Shown here: positions 35,367 through 44,929 of the stretch, one piece after another
How the letters are laid out: every line of letters begins with the position of its first letter
Numbering within the stretch: the first letter of the stretch is position 1
Source: Deltaproteobacteria bacterium
GTDB taxonomy: Bacteria; Desulfobacterota; Syntrophia; Syntrophales; Smithellaceae
DNA length: 64,000 nucleotides
Assembly (NCBI GenBank): GCA_022710585.1
Contig: JAKLGV010000003.1
Span: 67,308-131,307 of the forward strand
Reading direction: 5' to 3'
Made by a program: the position numbers and the translations under genes
The notes under the pieces: generated by a model
Databases searched by the model: none
Seen by the model: only the letters and a program-made list of their open reading frames with translations
What the model was told of the DNA's origin: nothing

Positions 35367-35585
35367 ATGGCGGAAGAAAAAGAGAAAGGGTGGATTATAG
35401 ACCAGTTGTTTAATCCGATATTAGATTTTCTGGATGAAAGTCCATTTCTGGGAATATTTGTCATCGCGTTTGTCTGTGTTTTGATTGTTGCCTTTTTCCC
35501 TCCATCATTAGTATTCGTATTGCTTTTTATCGGCTATGGATTTTATTTAAAGTCTAAACGAGCGAAAACCAATAAAGAGCCGTGA
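35367..35585 (+). CDS. small membrane protein
   Basis: It is 72 aa with two hydrophobic helices. AAGGAG lies upstream. Confidence 0.45.
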   Translation: MAEEKEKGWIIDQLFNPILDFLDESPFLGIFVIAFVCVLIVAFFPPSLVFVLLFIGYGFYLKSKRAKTNKEP

Positions 35586-35628
35586 CGATAAATAATAATT
35601 AACCCTGAAAGATAAAGGGAAAAGATTT

Positions 35629-38010
35629 ATGGCTAAGCTGACATTAGATGAATGGATTGCCCGCATCAGGAAGAACAAAAGTTTCAATTCCAATGCGGCG
35701 GCAATCGTTGACATCCCGGATAAACCGGGCGACTGGGAGGATTATCCTTCATGGGTCGATCCCCGGTTGGTTGCTGTCTTACAAAAACGCGGCATGGAGA
35801 AGCCGTACAAACATCAGGCGCAGGCCGTGCGCTTTATCCGCAATGGTCAGGATGTCGTGCTGGTGACGCCGACCGCCAGCGGAAAAACGTTATGCTATAA
35901 TCTCCCCGTTTTACAAAGCATTCTGGAGGAACCGGAAACACGCGCGTTGTATCTTTTTCCCACCAAGGCCCTGGCGCAGGATCAGATGCATGAAGTCCAC
36001 AGTCTGATTGGCGACCTGAAGGCGGACATCAAAACATTTACCTATGACGGCGACACGCCCGACGACGCGCGTCAGGCGATCCGCCGGCAGGGGCATATCG
36101 TGGTCACCAATCCGGACATGCTGCATGCCGGCATTTTGCCTCACCACACCAAATGGCAAAAGCTATTTATGAATTTGAAATACATCGTTATCGATGAGCT
36201 GCATATCTACCGCGGGATTTTCGGTTCGCACTTCGCCAATGTCATCCGCCGGCTCGTGCGGATCTGCCGTTTTTACGGCGCCAATCCCGTTTTTGTCTGC
36301 TGTTCGGCGACGGTGGCCAATCCCCGTGAACACGCGGAAAAAATTCTGGAGCGGCCTGTGGCCTTGCTGGATAAGAGCGGCGCGCCCACGGCGGCGAAAA
36401 CATTCATTCTCTATAATCCGCCGATCGTCAACCGTGAACTGGGTATCCGCCAGAGCGCAATGACACCGGCGCGTAAAATAGCATCCGATCTGATTGACAA
36501 CGATATTCAAACAATTGTTTTTGCCACCAGCCGTCTGAATGTCGAGGTCCTGACCAAATATCTGAAAGATAAATTTGTCAAAACAAAACCCATTGATAAT
36601 CATTTTGTAACGGGCTATCGCGGCGGCTATCTGCCGAACCTACGCCGCGAGATCGAAAGCGGTCTGCGCTCGCGCGAAGTAATGGGCGTGATCAGCACCA
36701 ATGCGCTGGAGCTGGGCATCGATATCGGCAATCTGGAAGCCTGCATCATGACGGGCTATCCCGGTTCCATTGCCAGCACATGGCAGCAGGCTGGGCGCGC
36801 GGGCCGTCGTTCCGGCCATTCGCTGGCGATTCTCATAGCGCGCAGCAATCCGCTGGATCAATTCATCATGGAAAATCCCGATTACTTTTTTGCCCTGTCC
36901 CCCGAGCACTGCCGCATTAATCCCGACAATCTGCTCATCCTGCTTCATCACATCAAAAGCGCGGCTTTTGAACTGCCTTTTGAAAAAGGTGAAAAATTCG
37001 GCGGCGAGAATCTGGAAGAATTTCTGGAGTACCTTGAAGAAAAAGGCGTGCTGCATCACACGAATGACCGGTGGCACTGGGCGGCGGAAAGTTATCCGGC
37101 GGACGAAGTCAGTCTGCGGTCGATTAATCCCGAAAACGTGGTGGTGGTTGATGCCACCGATGCCGGCAACCATAAAGTCATTGCCGAGGTTGATTGGGAC
37201 AGCGCGTTTACCATGGTGCACGATGAAGCCATTTATTTGCTGGCTTCCGATCAGTATCATGTGGACAAACTCGATCTGGAAAGAAAAAAAGCGTACGTGC
37301 GCAAGGTCGATACGGATTACTACACCGATGCCATGACGTACACGAACGTGCGGGTGATCGATTCATTTGACCATCATCGGGAGCCCGGAGCGATTGTGGA
37401 GCATGGCGAAGTGCAGGTCGTGCGCAAGGTGGTCGGGTATAAGAAGATCAAATTCTATACCTCGGAAAATCTCGGCTACGGCGATGTGAACCTGCCGGAA
37501 AAGGATATGCACACGACCAGTTACTGGTTTACGATCCCCCGTGACCGGCTGCGCGGACTTGGTTTCACCCCGGCGGAAATTATTGACGGACTGTCGGCGC
37601 TGGCCTATACGCTGCAGCATTTGTCGGCCATGTTTCTCATGGCGGACACCCACGATATTGACCGGTCCCTCGGGGATAAAAGCGGCGAATGGTTTGTCAA
37701 TCAGGGCAAGACGGGACGCAGTATTGCCTCGTTTAAAGAGGGAAAGTTGGGCATGACGGACAGCGGCGCCGTTGCGCGTATTGATGAATTCGATCCAACC
37801 ATTTTTATTTTTGATTCCTATCCCGGCGGCATCGGTTTTTCCGAATTGCTTTACCGCGAACATACCAATCTGCTTTCGGCCGTGGTGAACCTGATCCGGA
37901 AATGTCCCTGCGCTTATGGCTGTCCATCCTGTGTGGGGCCGACACTGGAGGTGGGAAAAACCGCCAAAGAAATTGTCCCGAAGATCGTTGAACTGATTCT
38001 CGGGAAATAG
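35629..38010 (+). CDS. DEAD/DEAH-box helicase with C-terminal DUF1998 Cys cluster (MrfA/YprA-like)
   Basis: Motifs seen: motif I TPTASGKTLCY, motif II VIDELH, motif VI QQAGRAGRR, and the C-terminal CPCAYGCPSCV. Confidence 0.85.
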   Translation: MAKLTLDEWIARIRKNKSFNSNAAAIVDIPDKPGDWEDYPSWVDPRLVAVLQKRGMEKPYKHQAQAVRFIRNGQDVVLVTPTASGKTLCYNLPVLQSILEEPETRALYLFPTKALAQDQMHEVHSLIGDLKADIKTFTYDGDTPDDARQAIRRQGHIVVTNPDMLHAGILPHHTKWQKLFMNLKYIVIDELHIYRGIFGSHFANVIRRLVRICRFYGANPVFVCCSATVANPREHAEKILERPVALLDKSGAPTAAKTFILYNPPIVNRELGIRQSAMTPARKIASDLIDNDIQTIVFATSRLNVEVLTKYLKDKFVKTKPIDNHFVTGYRGGYLPNLRREIESGLRSREVMGVISTNALELGIDIGNLEACIMTGYPGSIASTWQQAGRAGRRSGHSLAILIARSNPLDQFIMENPDYFFALSPEHCRINPDNLLILLHHIKSAAFELPFEKGEKFGGENLEEFLEYLEEKGVLHHTNDRWHWAAESYPADEVSLRSINPENVVVVDATDAGNHKVIAEVDWDSAFTMVHDEAIYLLASDQYHVDKLDLERKKAYVRKVDTDYYTDAMTYTNVRVIDSFDHHREPGAIVEHGEVQVVRKVVGYKKIKFYTSENLGYGDVNLPEKDMHTTSYWFTIPRDRLRGLGFTPAEIIDGLSALAYTLQHLSAMFLMADTHDIDRSLGDKSGEWFVNQGKTGRSIASFKEGKLGMTDSGAVARIDEFDPTIFIFDSYPGGIGFSELLYREHTNLLSAVVNLIRKCPCAYGCPSCVGPTLEVGKTAKEIVPKIVELILGK

Positions 38011-38044
38011 GCGCGACAAATATAAATCGGAATTATCTGAAAAT

Positions 38045-39412
38045 ATGAAATCGATTGACAAATTAAAGCGCCTGACCGGCGAAAATGTGAATAAAGCACC
38101 CTCAGCAGATAACAGCGGAGAGGAACAGCAGCAAAACCGCGCGACAGCAGAAAGACTGAGGCAGCTTGACGATTTGCGCCACCGTATCGAAACAGTTGTC
38201 AACCGTTCACGCTCTCCAAACAAAGCCGATCTGGCCGGCGCGAAGACCCGCGGCAACCAGGGACTGATTGAAATACTCTCGGGTGAAGAAATCGAAAATG
38301 AACACGGCCGGTTTTTTCTGGTCAGCAAGCTGATTCGCGGCTCAAGCCGCCACGGTCATCGCAATATTCGGGACGCTTTTGATTTTAACGCCGACGCGGC
38401 GGCAATGCTGGCCAACCATCCCGGCATCCGTGAATACTGTTCTTCTGATGCCCTGTTCCTGGATACGGAAACAACGGGCCTTTCCGGCGGCACCGGAACG
38501 ATGGCCTTTCTCATCGGCCTGGGATGGTTTGAGGAAGGTCATTTTCATGTTCATCAAATTCTGGCGCGCGACTTCGGCGAAGAGAAGGCGGCGCTGGCGT
38601 ATCTCAAAGAAATTGCCGAAAGAAAAAAATTTCTGGTCACGTTCAACGGCAAAGCGTTTGATATTAATCTGCTGACCACCCGTTTTATTTTAAACCGCAT
38701 CCAGGCCGATCTGGCCGGTTTGCCTCATCTCGATCTGCTGTTTCCATCGCGCCGCATTCTGGGTCATCGTCTGGAAAACTGCCGTCTGATCACTCTGGAA
38801 ACGGATGTTCTCGGCGTCCAGAGGGAGGGCGACATTCCGGGATGGGAAATCCCGCAGCGGTATTTTGACTGGCTGCGAAAACGCGATCCGCTGTTGCTTG
38901 CCGATATCTTTGAGCACAATCGCCTGGACGTTATTTCCATGGCCACGCTGACCGCGCATCTGACCGAAATATTGGATGCCCGCGCCATAGAACAGTACGT
39001 GAAAACGGACGATTACCTGGCGGCGGCCGGACTCCTGTTGAAACGATCCGAGACTGAAAGTGTCGAAAAAATTCTGAGCATCTTTCAGGGAAACAGCTGT
39101 TCGGATTATTCGATGCAATCCAAAAAGAAGCTGGCTCAACTCTATAAGCGGACGGGCAGACTGGATGATGCCGCAAAAATCTGGCAGGACATGGCGGCGT
39201 GCAGTCCTGTCAGTTTTTACGCAGTTTCAGAACTGGCCAAATGGCTTGAGCATCGCATCCGGGATTATTCCGCGGCTAAATTACTCGTCGAGCAGGCGCT
39301 CCATAAGGAAAATATATTTTCGGAAGATGAAAGAGAATCGATTCAGCATCGATTAAAAAGATTGAATACACGGTTGGCAGCGAAACCATTTATAAAAAAA
39401 GATGACCCATGA
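38045..39412 (+). CDS. RNase H-like (DnaQ-fold) exonuclease, YprB/MrfB-like, with a TPR-like tail
   Basis: ALFLDTETTGLSGGTGTMAFLIGLG is the Exo I motif and FNGKAFDINLL and EHNRLDV follow. It sits immediately downstream of the MrfA-like helicase. Confidence 0.7.
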   Translation: MKSIDKLKRLTGENVNKAPSADNSGEEQQQNRATAERLRQLDDLRHRIETVVNRSRSPNKADLAGAKTRGNQGLIEILSGEEIENEHGRFFLVSKLIRGSSRHGHRNIRDAFDFNADAAAMLANHPGIREYCSSDALFLDTETTGLSGGTGTMAFLIGLGWFEEGHFHVHQILARDFGEEKAALAYLKEIAERKKFLVTFNGKAFDINLLTTRFILNRIQADLAGLPHLDLLFPSRRILGHRLENCRLITLETDVLGVQREGDIPGWEIPQRYFDWLRKRDPLLLADIFEHNRLDVISMATLTAHLTEILDARAIEQYVKTDDYLAAAGLLLKRSETESVEKILSIFQGNSCSDYSMQSKKKLAQLYKRTGRLDDAAKIWQDMAACSPVSFYAVSELAKWLEHRIRDYSAAKLLVEQALHKENIFSEDERESIQHRLKRLNTRLAAKPFIKKDDP

Positions 39413-39665
39413 TGAAATCACTTTGCTTCAACTGGAAGCGCTGGCGGACCGGCTGGGAATACAAGTCCGCGATGAGAACATTAACCTTGATGATATCTCC
39501 AGCAGCGGCGGTCTCTGTCTTGTCGAAGGCAGCTATATTCTGATTCTCAACTCCAAAACGACCGTGCAGGAAAAGATTCAGGTTGCCATCGGGGCGTTGC
39601 GTCAGTTCGACCTGAATGATGTTTACGTGAAACCTGCGATCAGAGCATTACTTGAAGGGCGGTGA
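39402..39665 (+). CDS. hypothetical protein
   Basis: It is an 87-aa ORF that overlaps the upstream stop. No motif recognised. Confidence 0.4.
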   Translation: MTHDEITLLQLEALADRLGIQVRDENINLDDISSSGGLCLVEGSYILILNSKTTVQEKIQVAIGALRQFDLNDVYVKPAIRALLEGR

Positions 39666-39680
39666 CCGTGTGAGGTCAAC

Positions 39681-41293
39681 ATGACAAAGAACTTGCATAT
39701 CATCGTCGGTAGAAAGAAATTTATTGTTTGTCTGTTTCTATCCATTGCCGTCCTTGCTGTTTTCGGCCAGGTGCAGCAGTTTGACTTCCTCAAGTTTGAC
39801 GATGAAATTTATGTCACGGAGAACCCTCTTGTCCAATCAGGCATAACGCCGGCTGGAGTTCAATGGGCATTCAGCACAATGTACGCTGAATTCTGGCATC
39901 CAATGACATGGCTTTCTCTGATGTTTGATTATGAGCTCTATGGCTTGAACGCCGGCGGATACCACCTGACCAACCTGATCCTGCATATGCTGAGCGCATG
40001 CCTGCTTTTCCTGATTTTCCATCGTCTGACCGGAGCGATCTGGCGCAGCGCTTTTCTGGCGGCTCTCTTCGCTCTTCATCCTCTCCGGGTAGAATCGGTC
40101 GCCTGGATAGCTGAACGAAAAGACGTCCTGTGCATGTTTTTCGGCCTGGCCAGTCTTTACGCTTATGTCTTCTATGCGGAGAGTTCTAAGCTTTCCCGTT
40201 ATCTTCTGTGTTTCATATTATTTTCTCTGTCTCTGATGTCCAAACCAACGACAGTGACGCTGCCTTTTGTCATGATGCTTCTTGACTACTGGCCGCTGCA
40301 GCGCTGGCAAAAAGCAACGGACAGGCAATGCAATCGTTTACCGTCCATAAAAAGATTGCTCGGGAAAAGATTCCTTTTATTTTGCTGGCCTTTGTCTTCA
40401 GCAGTCTGACGCTCTGGGCTCATCATCAAGGCCACATGATCGTTTCCTGGGAACAGTTGCCTCTTTCTGTCCGTTTGCTGAATGCCGTTATTTTCTATGC
40501 CGCGTACTTAAGCAAAATGCTCTGGCCGGTGAATCTGGCCTCCTTTTATCCCTACGAACAATTTTTCCCGTTGTGGAAAATTCTGGGCTCCTTGCTCATT
40601 CTGGCTGCCATCACGGCCGTTGTTATTTATGGCCTCAGAAAATGTCCGTTCCTCTTTGTGGGCTGGTTCTGGTATCTGGGAGCGCTTATCCCCGTTATCG
40701 GGCTCATCAAATCGGCCGATTACGGGATGGCCGACCGTTTCAGTTACTTGCCTTCGATCGGCATTATCATCATGCTGGTATGGTTTATTCCCGTCTTATA
40801 ACCGCGCGAAGAAACGCGCAAAAAGATTTTGTTCCCGGCAGCAGCGGGCATCCTGATGATTCTGTCGATGCTGGCCTGGCAGCAGTGCAGCTACTGGAAA
40901 AACAGCACAGAGCTCTGGACTCATGCTTTGCGGGCAACAACAGACAACGCGAAAGCGCACAACAATCTGGGGCGCGCTCTGCGTGCCGAAGGAAAGATTA
41001 CTGAAGCCATTAATCATTACAACAGAGCCATCCGGATCGCGCCAAACAATGCGGTTATTTACTTCAACAGAGCAACGGCGTTCTCGATGCTTGGTCAGCG
41101 CGAGCTGGCCATCGAGGATTTTAATGAAGCTATTCGCCTGAAACCATCTTTTGCCGCTGCCTATGAAAACAGGGCGATGACTCATCTCCATCTGGGCAAC
41201 AAAGCGCCCGGTTGTCATGATTTGCGAAAGGCGTGCGAAATGGAAATGTGCAGGCCATTAGAAATGGCCATCCGTAACAGACAATGCCGTTGA
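39681..41293 (+). pseudogene. disrupted GT-C/PMT-like TPR membrane protein gene (one frameshift plus one in-frame stop)
   Basis: Three consecutive ORFs (39681-40409, 40328-40801, 40829-41293) together align colinearly with the intact paralogue at 33281-34786. The frame changes near the A5 run at 40349-40353. An in-frame TAA lies at 40799-40801, and homology continues straight after it. Confidence 0.65.
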
Positions 41294-41307
41294 TTCGCCG
41301 GACGGGA

Positions 41308-41673
41308 TTACTTCAGATTAGCCAGATAGTCTTTCCCCTCATCAAGCGATTTACAGAGGTAAACATTTGTCCGACCGGTGACCGCCAGAACACCCCTGAA
41401 GACAACTTCCTTTAAGCCATCGACACCATAAACTGCGGCGCATTTGATATAGGGCGCGTTTGACTTCATAAAATCCTTCAGGGCGCTGGTAATGGCCGTA
41501 TCAAAGCTGGCACCCTTTACATTAACAAGGGCGCGTATTGAATTTTTAGGCTGGGCGGCAATAATTGCTTTGGCTCCTTCCATAAAGGCAAGTATTTCAT
41601 CCGCTTTGCTTTGTGCAACATCTTCATAAAGTATTTTTACGCCTTTATGCATTATAAAACTTACGCCTGCCAT
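41308..41673 (-). CDS. hypothetical protein (STAS-like?)
   Basis: It is a 121-aa ORF with mixed alpha/beta character. No firm motif. Confidence 0.45.
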   Translation of the reverse strand: MAGVSFIMHKGVKILYEDVAQSKADEILAFMEGAKAIIAAQPKNSIRALVNVKGASFDTAITSALKDFMKSNAPYIKCAAVYGVDGLKEVVFRGVLAVTGRTNVYLCKSLDEGKDYLANLK

Positions 41674-41982
41674 TTCCCGTCCCCCTTCCTATCGTTTCAT
41701 TTCGATTTCAATATACTCCGGATAAGACTTAAAGTATAAATCCTCATCATTACGAGATAATTTCTAAAAAGTTTTCACTTTAATGATTGGGGAATATAGG
41801 AAATTTCCTGCCGCATGTCAATTGATTTCCAAGAGAACATTATCCATTGATAAAATTATTCGAAAATGGATCAGAAAGAATCGGGGAACAGAGGGATTCT
41901 GTTGATATTATTCCTTTTGACATCCGAAATATTAATTTGTATATTCTTCATCACATTATTCTAATGCAAAGGTGACAATCCC

Positions 41983-44898
41983 ATGAAGGATCAATCGCTT
42001 CTGGTACTCCTGGTTGAAGATTCGGAAGATGATGCTCTGCTCATTATCCGTGAGCTTCAGAAAGGCGGATATCATCCGGAGTATGAACGCGTCGAGACCG
42101 CCAACACAATGAAAAAAGCCTTAAAAGAGAAGCCGTGGAACATCATTCTTTGCGATTATAATATGCCGAATTTCAGCGCGCCATCAGCCATTGCCCTGCT
42201 TAAAGAATCCCATATTGATATTCCTGTGATTATTGTATCCGGAACGATTGGAGAAGAAACTGCCATCGAATGCATGCGTCTGGGCGCAAAAGATTATATC
42301 ATGAAGGGTAAGTATTACCGTCTTTGCCCGGCCATCGCCCGGGAGCTGGAAGAAACGAAGGTCAGAAAGAAGCAGAAACAGTCAGAGGAGATGCTTCTCT
42401 TGATTCAGAGAGCAGTGGAAGGTTCGAGCGACGCCATCGGAATATCTGATCCAAAGGGCAGGCACTATTACCAGAACAAGGCCTTCACCGATCTTCTGGG
42501 ATATACAGCGGAAGAGCTTGGCGACAGGGTGCAGCAAATCGTTTTTGCGGACCAGTCAATCGCCCGCCATGTTTTTGAAACCATTATGAACGGAGGCTCC
42601 TGCAGCAATGAGGTAGAGTTTATAACAAAAGATGGCCGCAGATTAATTGTTTTACTCCGCGCAGACGCCATCAAGGATGCAACAGGCAAAACGATAGGAC
42701 TTTTAGCCATCGGCACAGACATCACTGAACAAAAGCACGCGGAAGAGTCTTTGCGCAACAGTGAAGAAAAGTTCCGGAAAATATTTGATCTTGCGCCATT
42801 TGCCATTGTCATCACAGACATGGAAGGCCGGTATTTTGATGTGAATCAGATGTACTGTAAAAGAACGATGCTGAATAAAGAGGACATTATCGGCCGCACA
42901 GCCCGTGAACTCCCAACGGTTCCTATTCCCGAAAACAACAATGAAGTCGAAAGATTGCAAAAGAAAATTTTTGAACACGGCTTTGTTGCCAACGAAGAAA
43001 TAACCCTGGTGCGCGGCACCGATAAAAAACGCTCCATTATTCTTTTAAGCGCCCAGATGGTCACAATCTCCGGCAAGCAATATGTGATTTCCATGATCGA
43101 CGACATCACCGAACACAAGCAGGCCGAGGAAACCCGGCTGGCTAGCGAGGAACATCTGCGCACCATCTTCGAAAACGCCGAGGAGATCATTCATCTCATT
43201 GCCTGGGATGGCACATTTCTCTACATCTCGCCGTCCTGGGAGCGCTACACCGGCTTTCCCGTATCCGAAACCGTCGGCCAGAGCTTTGTCCCCTATGTGC
43301 ACCCGGACGATCAGGCGGCCTGCCTTGAGGTCGTCAAGAATGTCTATGAGACCGGCCGGCCGCACCGGATCAACGAATTTCGCGTCAAGCATGCATCGGG
43401 GAAATGGATCTGGTTCACGAACAGCGGCACCGCCATCAAGGATGCCCAGGGAACACCCCTGTATTTCTCGGGCGTGGCCTCGGATATCACCGAGCGCAAG
43501 CAGGCCGACGAGGCACGGCGAAGTTCAGAAGAAAAATATCGCCTTCTTTATAACAACATGCGGGATGGTTTTGTCTATTTGAACATGGACGGCGCCTTCA
43601 GGGAATGCAACGCGGCCTTTGAAAAAATGATTGGCTACACCCTTGAGGAGCTCCGATCCCTTACTTTTGAAGATATCACGCCGGAACAATGGCGCTCCGC
43701 GGATAAAATAAAAATGAATAAATTGATGCAAAAGGGTCATTCAGGTATCGGGGAAAAGGAATACAAACGAAAAGATGGCACGATCTTCCCTGTTGAAATT
43801 CGCGCACAGACTGTTACCAGTGATGCTACCGGCAAACCATTCGGCATTTGGGCAGTGGTCCGCGACATCACCGAACGCAAGCAGGCGGAAGAAAGACTGA
43901 AACAAAGTGAAGAAAAATACCGTCTTCTCGCGACGAACGTGACGGATGTTATCTTCACCATGGACATGCACCTCAACTATACCTACATCAGTCCATCCAT
44001 CAGCCAGCTGGTCGGATACAGCGCCGATGAATTGATGAAGATGCAGGCGTCGGATATCGTAGCGCCGGAGACGTTCAGATATATCGTGGATGTCTTTATG
44101 GAAGAGCTGGAAATCGAGAAAAGGGCAGACAGGGATTTGAAAAGGTCCCGGGTGCTGGAATATCAGAATATATGCAAGGATGGGTCAAAAGTATGGGCGG
44201 AGACGACGTTGGCTTTTCTCCGGGATGAAAATCAAAAAGCGGTCGGACTTCTCGGAGTGGCGCGAAATATCACCTCCAGGAAAGAGTCAGAGATGGCTCT
44301 TGAGGAGAGCTTTGAAAGACTGAAGAAATCTTTCGGCGTTACCATTAATGTCCTGATATCGGCTCTGGAAATGAGGGATCCCTACACAGCCGGCCATCAG
44401 TACCGGGTGTCCCATATCGCCTGTGCAATAGCCCGGGAAATGAAACTGGATGAAAGCGTCATTGAAGGCATCCGAATGGCGGGCTCCATCCACGACATCG
44501 GGAAGTTATCCATCCCGGCGGAGATCTTGACCAAACCGACCAGGCTCAACAACCTGGAATATTCGCTGATCAAGGAACACCCCGTAAGCGGATTTCAGAT
44601 GCTCAAAGGCATTGAATCTCCGTGGCCATTGGCAGAAATTGTCCATCAGCATCACGAGCGGATGGACGGATCAGGCTACCCTCAAAAGCTGAAAGGAAAT
44701 GAAATTCTTCTGGAGGCGCGCATTCTGGCCGTGGCCGACGTTGTGGAAGCGATGGGATCCCATCGTCCTTACCGGCCATCCCTGGGCATTGAAAAGGCCC
44801 TCGAAGAAATTGAGAAGAATAAGGAAACCCTTTATGACGCAACTGTAGCTGATGCCTGTCTGAAATTATTCAGAGAAAAAGGCTATCAGCTGACATAA
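41983..44898 (+). CDS. response-regulator receiver + multiple PAS domains + HD-GYP phosphodiesterase
   Basis: The REC domain shows LLVEDSEDD...DYNMP...K. Repeated PAS modules each end in DITE(R/H)KQAEE. The C-terminus has HDIGK...HHERMDGSGYP. Confidence 0.9.
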   Translation: MKDQSLLVLLVEDSEDDALLIIRELQKGGYHPEYERVETANTMKKALKEKPWNIILCDYNMPNFSAPSAIALLKESHIDIPVIIVSGTIGEETAIECMRLGAKDYIMKGKYYRLCPAIARELEETKVRKKQKQSEEMLLLIQRAVEGSSDAIGISDPKGRHYYQNKAFTDLLGYTAEELGDRVQQIVFADQSIARHVFETIMNGGSCSNEVEFITKDGRRLIVLLRADAIKDATGKTIGLLAIGTDITEQKHAEESLRNSEEKFRKIFDLAPFAIVITDMEGRYFDVNQMYCKRTMLNKEDIIGRTARELPTVPIPENNNEVERLQKKIFEHGFVANEEITLVRGTDKKRSIILLSAQMVTISGKQYVISMIDDITEHKQAEETRLASEEHLRTIFENAEEIIHLIAWDGTFLYISPSWERYTGFPVSETVGQSFVPYVHPDDQAACLEVVKNVYETGRPHRINEFRVKHASGKWIWFTNSGTAIKDAQGTPLYFSGVASDITERKQADEARRSSEEKYRLLYNNMRDGFVYLNMDGAFRECNAAFEKMIGYTLEELRSLTFEDITPEQWRSADKIKMNKLMQKGHSGIGEKEYKRKDGTIFPVEIRAQTVTSDATGKPFGIWAVVRDITERKQAEERLKQSEEKYRLLATNVTDVIFTMDMHLNYTYISPSISQLVGYSADELMKMQASDIVAPETFRYIVDVFMEELEIEKRADRDLKRSRVLEYQNICKDGSKVWAETTLAFLRDENQKAVGLLGVARNITSRKESEMALEESFERLKKSFGVTINVLISALEMRDPYTAGHQYRVSHIACAIAREMKLDESVIEGIRMAGSIHDIGKLSIPAEILTKPTRLNNLEYSLIKEHPVSGFQMLKGIESPWPLAEIVHQHHERMDGSGYPQKLKGNEILLEARILAVADVVEAMGSHRPYRPSLGIEKALEEIEKNKETLYDATVADACLKLFREKGYQLT

Positions 44899-44929
44899 CA
44901 GAATCAGTGTCCTGAATAACCGGTCATCT

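Noticed and set aside
37363-38328. A 321-aa minus-strand ORF spanning the end of the MrfA-like gene and the start of the MrfB-like gene
   Set aside because: It is antisense to two genes with clear helicase and exonuclease motifs, and it crosses their intergenic gap. There is no SD and no recognisable domain.
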